Shown piece after piece: positions 34,701 to 40,026 of a stretch of 40,026 nt of DNA. The translations under genes were made by a program, and so were the position numbers. Location of the stretch: the NCBI GenBank assembly GCA_009602735.1, contig WELA01000937.1:343755-383780 (forward strand), in the 5' to 3' direction. The DNA is from Mesotaenium endlicherianum. Lineage: Eukaryota. The notes below the pieces were generated by a model. It was not told the DNA's origin. It was given only the letters and a program-made list of their open reading frames with translations, and did not search any database. Each line of letters opens with the position of its first letter. Within the stretch, counting starts at the first letter, position 1.

Positions 34701-35713
34701 TCGCCAACGCTTGGCAGGTCCGCCACCTGGCCTGCCACGTGCTGGTGATCCCCTGCAGGAGGAGCAGCCAGAGCCCGCTTGCGAGTGCTCGCTGAATTAA
34801 GGGGCCCGGGAGCGGCCCGCCCCTCTGTTGGGTCGCTTGCTCCAGATCCACCAGAGGCCCGTCCCGAGGAGCCCTCCTGCGCCAGCTGACCAGCGGTGGG
34901 CATAGGTGGCAGCTTCTGGGCCGCCGACAGCTGTCCAGGACCAGGCACAGGCAGCGGCGCCGCGGCACGCGCCTGCCCTCTGGCAGAATCTTCCTGCAGC
35001 TGTGGCTGCTGCCCGCCTGCCTCTGCCGCCGCCGCCGCCGCGACCTGTCCCGTGCCTGTTCCTGACCTAGTCTGCACCTCACCGGAGCGTGCCACTGTCG
35101 GTTCCGAGCCTGCCGAGTGGAAAACCCTCTCTCCCCCTTCCTCCCCCAACCCAGCACTGGGTATCTGTGGCGCTCTCTCTCCCTCTACAGTTGAACCTGC
35201 CTTCTCTGCCCCTCCCCCTCCCCCCAAACCTGCCCCTCCCNCCATCACGATGCTGCCGCCTGCCCCTGCTCCCGCCCCCGCCCCCGCCCCTGGTCCTGCA
35301 CCTGCCGTTCCAAGGGAAGGAGCGCCGGACGATTGCAGCTGTTGATGCGTCAGCATCTGGGGCTCAGGACGCCCAGAGCTCTGGTGGGCTGTGAAGTCCA
35401 GCTTGCCAGCGTGGCTGCTGACTGGGCTGGGCGAGCTGGCGGCTCCTCTTCCTCCTCCTCCTCCTCCTCCTCCTCCTCCTCCTGCTGCTGCTGCTGCTCC
35501 TCCTCCCGCTCCTGCCGTTCCTGCTGCTGTTCCTGCTGCTGTTGCTCCTAGTCCTGCTGCTCCTCCTCTTCCTCCTCCTCCTGCTACTGCTACTGCTGCT
35601 CCTGCTGCTCCTCCTGCTGCTGCTGCTGCTCCTGCCGCTGCCTCCACTGCTCCTGCAGCAGAGCCGGTCAGCCAAGGCCCCTGGTCATACGCATCCTTAC
35701 TTCTCTCTCGCAT
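27924..35713 (-). CDS. LIN37: LIN37-like DREAM/MuvB complex subunit with a very long low-complexity N-terminus, about 1248 aa, at least 7 exons
   Basis: Phase-checked exons 35740 (first ATG 35713)-32747, 32364-32279, 31508(or 31505)-31376, 30728-30642, 29242-29006, 28499-28381, 28041-27924. C-terminal motifs ELYGLMRRWLRND, LRLPKPM and LSAAALMRGHMRRFAKARKRSREEWLTRIARYKHRLAIL correspond to the LIN37 motifs LY.LCR.W..N, LP.P and L...H..R.K.VR...REE...RI.RYK. The true start may be in an upstream exon (TTTTCAG acceptor, exon start 35740). An N at 35241 leaves the frame unverified there. Confidence 0.8.
29985..30625. repeat. Interstitial degenerate telomere-like repeat block (TTAGGG/TTTAGGG variants) with 12-bp, ~29-bp and ~70-bp higher-order periods, in a LIN37 intron
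   Basis: Many gttaggg/tttaggg units; (TTAGGGTACGGG)-like x4 at about 30027-30075; AGGAGGC...CTCAGGGTTAGGG units at 30301-30480; ~70-bp duplication at 30508-30643. Confidence 0.85.
30950..31135. repeat. Degenerate (CA/CACG)n tract in LIN37 intron 3
   Basis: Directly visible. Confidence 0.9.
31653..31810. repeat. Degenerate (TG/TGCG)n tract in LIN37 intron 2
   Basis: Directly visible; opposite orientation to the 30950-31135 tract. Confidence 0.9.
32436..32505. repeat. AT-rich (TA/TATG/CATA)n microsatellite in LIN37 intron 1
   Basis: atatgtatgtatatatacgtatatgtatgtatatgtgaatatatacacac. Confidence 0.85.
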
Positions 35714-36121
35714 AGACGTCGCTTCCTCCACAGAGGACGCCTGAAAACCCACCCACCACCAGCGAGAGTGAGTATAAGACACCGTACTTAACTCTATCTG
35801 GTGACTATGTGGAAAAGATTGAAGTGGGCGGTTAACACTCCTCCTCGCTTTGCTGAATGGCCACATGCAAGACTCGGTTTCAGTTTCGTAAGAGACAGAG
35901 ATCGTTCCCAATACTGCCCGTCCTGCTGAGAGGGAGCCAGCACAGCAGAAAGTTATTTACGTTTGATTGGATATAAGTAGGACCAGTATACGCAGGTTGA
36001 AGTACTGTCAGCTTCAGTGAAGAGGGAGCCATATACTTTATTCTTGGTTCTGCTGATGTGGAGCCCACACTGCAGACCATCATCCAGCTTTGGATTTTTT
36101 TATTTCAGAAAAGAAAGAAAG

Positions 36122-36141
36122 AAAAAAAAAAAAAAAAANNN

Positions 36142-36231
<90 letters not shown>
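36122..36231. repeat. About 110-nt poly(A) tract containing a 3-N gap
   Basis: Directly visible; its length is unreliable because of the Ns. Confidence 0.9.
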
Positions 36232-36234
<3 letters not shown>

Positions 36235-37740
36235 GAAGAAGAAAGAAAACGAAAGGGGAAGATGCAGTTACAATCGCTGCCGGTTGCTAATAGGCACCGC
36301 AGACTGCAGCATGAGCTACGCATGTTCATCAAGGAAGAGCATTACATCAGAGGCTCTTATACATCCATCATATACAGCAAGGACAGACTCTCGAGAGGGC
36401 CAGGTTATTTCCAACGATCTTGTGTTTCGTGGAAGTGCTTCACAAGCGAAGGAGCGAGGCCTTAACCCGAATATCGGATTCGCTGTGAGCTGTGCGTGCT
36501 TACTTATACTCCAGGAGCCACGCAGTTAGAAGTCACTCCTTTAGACGGCACGGGGAACAGTAGTTGAAAGTCGTGTTTTATATACATACCATAGACACAA
36601 GCATAGACTACGCTTGAGGATGACGGGTAAGAGCGCTTATGAGAACCCTATACGCAGAACCTCGTCAGCCCTACTGTGCATTCTGATGTGTGAAGGCGCC
36701 ACCATACCAGAGCTACTATTCGACTAAGTCCCATGAGTCTAAAGTCGCACCTATACAGATATCTGCGGATGCTTGGATTAATGAATATCCTCCCGCTTTC
36801 TTGGCCTGGTCGTTCACAAATCCTGTCTTCCCATAAGACACAAGCCGTATGTAGTTACCTTTCTACTAGTTTATATCGACTCTCCTCTATCATGCATGTT
36901 ATTTTCTTATACACAGGTTATCTAACTGTCTTATAGACTTCTCCCCGGAAAATAATAATCACGCGGGCTACAATTCACTAAGAGTTCAAGACCTCCCGTT
37001 ATACCACATTACGAGAGGCCCAAGGTCGGGGCTAGCTGAGAGATTAGAATTTTTGATTTGAAAGTTGCTCGTGAGCGTCCGCACGAGCATGCAAGGTCCC
37101 TTCACATCCGCGCCCTCAACTGTCAGAATACGACCCGACCGTGGATGAACCTCTTTTAGATCTCATCGACGACCTACGAAACTCCGCATGATCAATCGAC
37201 GCCTCTCTGTCGCTGTCGCACACCCTCGTTAGAAGAGAGCAGTAGCTAGATAGCATGCAGCAAGGGGGCGGGTGGCAGCGTGACGTTCTTCGACGTCCGC
37301 GGTTCTTTTCATAGCCCAGTCCTCGACGTTATCTCGACGTCCAGTATATGTTACGTGGTCCTGGGGACTCATGCAGTACCACAAAGGCGCTGTCGGACGG
37401 CGTCGACAGCGTCGAATGGTAACCTGCCCCCATCAAAAACTGCCTCGAAAAGATGGATGCCACCAGATGCAACAGTCCATTCATGCATGCAGCTTCCTTC
37501 ACATCGACGCATGGGCTAGCTTAAGCACACACATAACGATATTCAACATTATATCAAGTCAGACAAATACGCTAAAAGTGCGAGGAGTGCAGTTGGGCGG
37601 TGTTCATAAGCTCTATATTTTCGTACGCAGAAGACTCGCAGTAGTACTCATAAAATTCCCTTACTGCCAGGAAGCACTAGACTTGGTGCGCCTCAGGTGT
37701 GGGAGAATTGAAGGAAGTAGAAGGCAGCCTTCTTGTTGCA

Positions 37741-39798
37741 ATGGTATAGTTTTCTGGTCTTAAAGTCAAGAAAAAATGCAGAGAGTTTCATTGGCGGCCA
37801 CGCGTTTCATCCTTCATATTGAAACACTCTAGCAGAAGAAAGAACCGGCAGCGATGGTAGTGCAATGAGTTCTTACTACTCATTTTGTGATCTTATATAT
37901 GGCCGCAGGTGTGCGTCGTCTGCCTGCTTCCGATCTTCATCCTGCCTCTCCTCAGCATCCTCCCAGCTATTTATGACAAGCTCATGGTTAGTGACATGAT
38001 CCATACACCGTGAATTGTGAGGGCCAACTCTGAGGGCTACTCACGCCACTCTCCTACATGCGGCACTGCTTGTAGCTATTCAATCAACACCATGTGCTTC
38101 TTGCTGAGACTAAAGCTTCTGTTATGTGCCTCAAGCACTACAACCCCCATGGTACTGGCTGCTGCCTGGGAGGGCAACCTTGAGGGCGTAGGGGTCTAGT
38201 CCTGGGCTGCTGAAGGATATGGGTACGCATGCGGAAGGTCACTGCTTCGTCCTGGCGGATTGAGTAGACACACATACGATGCAATAATAAGGGAAGCTGC
38301 GCCTTTCTCACTATCTTAAAACGACGAGAAACGACTAAAGGGTACGTCATTTATTGTTTGGATATGCACAATGCGGAGAGTGTGAGCATTGTGCTTCTCG
38401 TAGTAACCTATGTCTGGCGCTGTCAATCCTCTTGTGGTCCCTGCATTCCGACGTCAGACATGACGAGAGTTAATGAGGCAGGCAGGCCCATACCTAGCGC
38501 ACAGCTATCAGTCTGAACGGGGAATGTGGCCAGTGCAAGGTGCTGTTCACATTTGAGGTGGCCCCTGGTTATTTCTTTCTGGTTAGCTTGGGCACAGTCG
38601 GCTTGCTTGTGGCGGGAGGAGGGGGCGCTTCGTCACCAGGGTGATGTTGAAAGATTGACCGGGGATGCCCACTTTTCTGAACCCCTTCTCGGCTTCACAC
38701 CAAGGCCTTAAGAATAACAGCGCACAGCGCACATTAGAAATCCTCGTCCTTCTTTTCTCAGCAAGGCTGGATGCTCTTGTCAACTTCCGAGTTGATGATG
38801 ATACGTACGATGGCGACGACAATGACGAGATTTTTGATGGCAATGTCGATGCGGACAACGGCGGTGATGACAACGACGATGACGATTACAACGATGACGG
38901 CAACTGTTTGATGATGACGATGACGACGATGATGAGTGATGATGATGATGATGATGACGTATGTGCAGACCTTTCTCTACTCCCTCTTCGGGTGGGAGTA
39001 CAAGCCCCCCGCGAGGAACGGGCCCGCCTGTCCGTACAAGCCCGGCCAGAAGAAGACGAGCCAGGTGCTTTTTCCGCGGCCGGGCCTGGTCATTCCTGCC
39101 CGCCGTCTGCTGCCTGCCTTCTGGTCGACAGGTGTCGCAAAGGCAGGGAGGGGTGCACAAAACTCCCCTGCCTCTGGAGGCCTTGCATGCCACCTGCGCT
39201 CAGACTTGCACTCCTCAACTTGCCGGGGCCCTGCCGCCACACGCATATGCACGGTTCTCGCATGGACATCTAGCCAGCTGTCGCGCTTTCCAGCTGTCGA
39301 GCTTTCCAGCTGTCGCGCTTATGCCTGTGCATGCATGGTCACGTCACAAGGAGCCCTTGCCCGTACTTAGTATGTGTGTCGCTGATGGTCGGAAGGAGAG
39401 GGCGGGGGTGTGAGGCTCATAAGATTGACGAGGCTAGCGGGGCTAGGTTTGGAGGTGGCCCAGGCTTCAGCGGCGTGGTTCAGGCACACACACACACACG
39501 CACACACACGCACGCACGTGCGCGCGCACACGTAGGGGGGGGGGGAGGGGGGGGGGGCATGTGCCTGGCGCGCACACCCTTCCCAGCCGAGGATCAATCA
39601 GACGCTCCGAGGTGTTCTCGTCCCGCACGTCAACCCGGCACCTGTAGCCCATCTGCTGCAGCAGCCTCGGGACTCGTGTGCCTTGCCTTCCTGTCGCTGC
39701 CGCCGCCGCTGCTGCTGCCACTGCCGCTGCTGCAGGGCCGCCTGCCGCTGCTCTATGAGCCTAGAACGAGCCCGAAGGAAAGGGACGAGCAGTCGTGA
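37741..39798 (+). CDS. Small single-pass membrane protein, C18orf32/UPF0729 (DUF4512)-like, about 79 aa
   Basis: ATG|GT at 37741-37743 (alternative 37854-37856), exon 37909-37986 (VCVVCLLPIFILPLLSILPAIYDKLM), exon 38969-39064 (TFLYSLFGWEYKPPARNGPACPYKPGQKKTSQ), tentative last exon 39736-39798 (GRLPLLYEPRTSPKERDEQS*). MVCxxCLxP plus GWEYxxPxRxxPACPxKP matches the plant members of this family. Confidence 0.8.
38792..38958. repeat. (GAT/GAC)n trinucleotide tract immediately upstream of the exon-3 acceptor of the C18orf32-like gene
   Basis: Directly visible; it yields spurious poly-Asp and poly-Met ORFs. Confidence 0.85.
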
Positions 39799-40026
39799 GC
39801 CCGCTCTGCGGCCGCACGCGCATGGGCCTCCCTTGCGCCTCGCTCGCCCCACGCGTTGGCGTTTGCGTTTGGTTTCCCTCCTGTGCCCCAACCCCACTAC
39901 TCTTGTATGTCACGTCACATACCACCCTAGGCTCCCCGCTCCTCAAACTTCCGGACCTTCTTACAAGCCCTGTGGGGTTGGCTTCCCCCTCACCCATCCC
40001 CAAGCCCCCCACCCCACCCCCACCGC

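Noticed and set aside
36017..36529. Poly-Lys and poly-Phe ORFs
   Set aside because: Translation of the poly(A) tract and Ns.
38665..39273. 202-aa ORF with an acidic poly-Asp stretch
   Set aside because: Derived from the intronic GAT/GAC repeat; the real exon (38969-39064) is in another frame.

Overview
Eukaryotic, intron-rich genomic DNA from a green-lineage organism (plant-type proteins; most consistent with a streptophyte alga, which is an inference). No prokaryotic features, CRISPR arrays, RNA genes or intact transposons were recognised. Manual splicing (GT-AG, phase-checked) gives seven protein-coding genes in the order -,-,+,-,+,-,+: a Pro/Gln/Ala-rich gene running off the left edge; TRAPPC1/BET5; a ~1310-aa PNISR-like RS protein; 20S proteasome alpha-3 (PAC1/PSMA4); an ENA-like DnaJ-type zinc-finger protein; a ~1250-aa LIN37-like DREAM/MuvB subunit; and a small C18orf32/UPF0729-like membrane protein. 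AT-richer islands around gene starts and 3' ends alternate with GC-rich gene bodies whose introns are full of microsatellites and degenerate telomere-like (TTAGGG/TTTAGGG) repeats. The most unusual signals are: (1) tandemly duplicated splice sites bounded by AAACCCTAA telomere motifs, in the ENA intron (acceptor array) and a LIN37 intron (donor copy), each predicted to introduce a premature stop or frameshift if used; (2) a telomere-type G-quadruplex overlapping the PAC1 stop codon; (3) complementary CA/TG tracts flanking a LIN37 exon; (4) a stop-free in-frame intron and three phase-compatible last exons in PNISR. Family assignments come from recalled conserved motifs, not database searches, and exon models lack transcript support.
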